DNA of 64,000 bases from an uncultured Chloroflexia bacterium (lineage in GTDB: Bacteria; Chloroflexota; Anaerolineae; Anaerolineales; UBA4823), in contig CAWELB010000008.1 in assembly GCA_963809805.1 (NCBI GenBank), forward strand, positions 446,356 through 510,355. The letters run 5' to 3'. Positions 63,269 through 64,000 of the stretch are shown here, piece after piece (within the stretch, counting starts at the first letter, position 1; every line of letters starts with the position of its first letter). Under the pieces are notes generated by a model that saw nothing but the letters and a program-made list of their open reading frames with translations, had not been told where the DNA came from and ran no database searches. Both the position numbers and the translations under genes were made by a program.

Positions 63269-64000
63269 TCAAGCCTTGTTGAATTTTTGCACTAACCTCA
63301 CTCCGAGTAGAATGATCAGCCCCCCAACGAATGTAATGAGAAATATTTTCTCGCCCAGGATTGCCCAGGCAACAATAACAGCCACCAACGGTTCCATATA
63401 AAGAAAGGCACCTGTCTGTGTCGCCGATAGTGCCTGTAGTCCATCATACCAGGCGATATATGCCAACCCTGAACAAAATATCCCTAAAAAACAAATCCCG
63501 ATAAAACTTGTCCATGTGATATGACCAATATCACTGATCCCGCTTCCAGTAAAGAAAAGTATTGATGATAACAACCAGCCTATCAGCATAACGATGAACA
63601 TCATTTGGGTAGGTTGATACTTCTTGAGACCACTGGTAGATAGGATTGAAAATACAGCCCAATTAGGCGCACTGATCAAAATTAAGATATCCCCTTTCGT
63701 GATGAAGCTGCCACTAAATAAGCTGCCAATATTTCCATCACTCACCACAAGTAATACGCCCACAGCTGCCAGGACGATCCCAGCGATTTGCACCCAATCT
63801 AGTTTTTCGTGTAAAAACAGCCAGCTCAGTATTGCGAAAAATACAGGCGATGTGGCAACTACCCAGGCTGTAGTGGATGCCTGTACGGTCACCAAACCGG
63901 TCGATTGCAGCCATTGGTGAAAGGTAATCCCTAAAAATCCCAAAATCCCAAGGTAGAGCCAATCTTGTTTTTGGGGTAGTGAAAATTGGTGCCTCATCCC
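63269..64000 (-). CDS. EamA/DMT-family transporter, C-terminal ~243 aa; 5' end beyond the right window edge
   Basis: Highly hydrophobic, with the repeated EamA pattern (…FLGITFHQWLQSTGL…, …FCSGLAYIAWYDGLQ…). The frame stays open to position 64000, and 242 aa is shorter than a typical 10-TM EamA protein. Confidence 0.8.
   Translation of the reverse strand, partial: GMRHQFSLPQKQDWLYLGILGFLGITFHQWLQSTGLVTVQASTTAWVVATSPVFFAILSWLFLHEKLDWVQIAGIVLAAVGVLLVVSDGNIGSLFSGSFITKGDILILISAPNWAVFSILSTSGLKKYQPTQMMFIVMLIGWLLSSILFFTGSGISDIGHITWTSFIGICFLGIFCSGLAYIAWYDGLQALSATQTGAFLYMEPLVAVIVAWAILGEKIFLITFVGGLIILLGVRLVQKFNKA

Noticed and set aside
1-64000. CRISPR arrays, rRNA genes, IS elements, toxin-antitoxin pairs and recognisable defence systems.
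   Set aside because: I saw no spaced direct-repeat arrays, no rRNA-like sequence, no transposase or integrase ORFs, and no small paired ORFs with toxin-antitoxin character in either the ORF track or the sequence.

Overview
This 64-kb bacterial window is gene-dense, about 90% coding, with most genes on the minus strand. No rRNA, CRISPR array, transposase, integrase or phage gene was seen. Lineage is not determined; the Thr/Pro-rich linkers, LuxR-Kelch proteins and giant secreted proteases are reminiscent of Chloroflexota/Anaerolineae, but this is inference only.

Left part (1-13.5 kb):
- Partial thyA at the window edge.
- A classical nusA-ylxR-infB-rbfA-nrnA-truB-ribF operon without an adjacent rimP.
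- A five-gene operon: membrane protein, lipid kinase, acyltransferase, GH127, HDAC-like.

13.6-23.5 kb, a cell-surface island:
- A 1677-aa secreted S8 protease with Kelch, PKD and other modules.
- About 850 bp of AT-rich ORF-free DNA.
- tRNA-Gly(CCC) with a consensus promoter.
- A membrane-anchored LuxR-HTH/Kelch regulator.
- A four-repeat secreted protein with strong expression signals, and a lipoprotein.

23.6-34.0 kb: one eight-gene glycan operon. It encodes GT2, a GT-C membrane transferase, three GT-B transferases, a Wzx-like flippase, a pyruvyl transferase and a methyltransferase.

34.0-54 kb:
- An orphan ~840-aa protein with what look like decayed Zn-ribbon methylase motifs.
- PBP1A, a MaoC dehydratase, a six-hairpin glycosidase-like protein, prs and AMMECR1.
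- A peptidoglycan-remodelling block: an amidase plus two L,D-transpeptidases.
- Thioredoxin/DsbA genes, a PduO-type adenosyltransferase, rsfS and thpR.

54.3-59.4 kb: a molybdenum-hydroxylase operon (XDH-family Mo subunit, YqeB, a YqeC-MocA fusion, MocA) with no Fe-S or FAD subunit genes nearby.

Right end: a heterodimeric ABC exporter pair with one degenerate ATP site, then a partial EamA transporter.

Several operon-first genes appear to be leaderless. All functional calls rest on motifs read by eye. No database search was possible.
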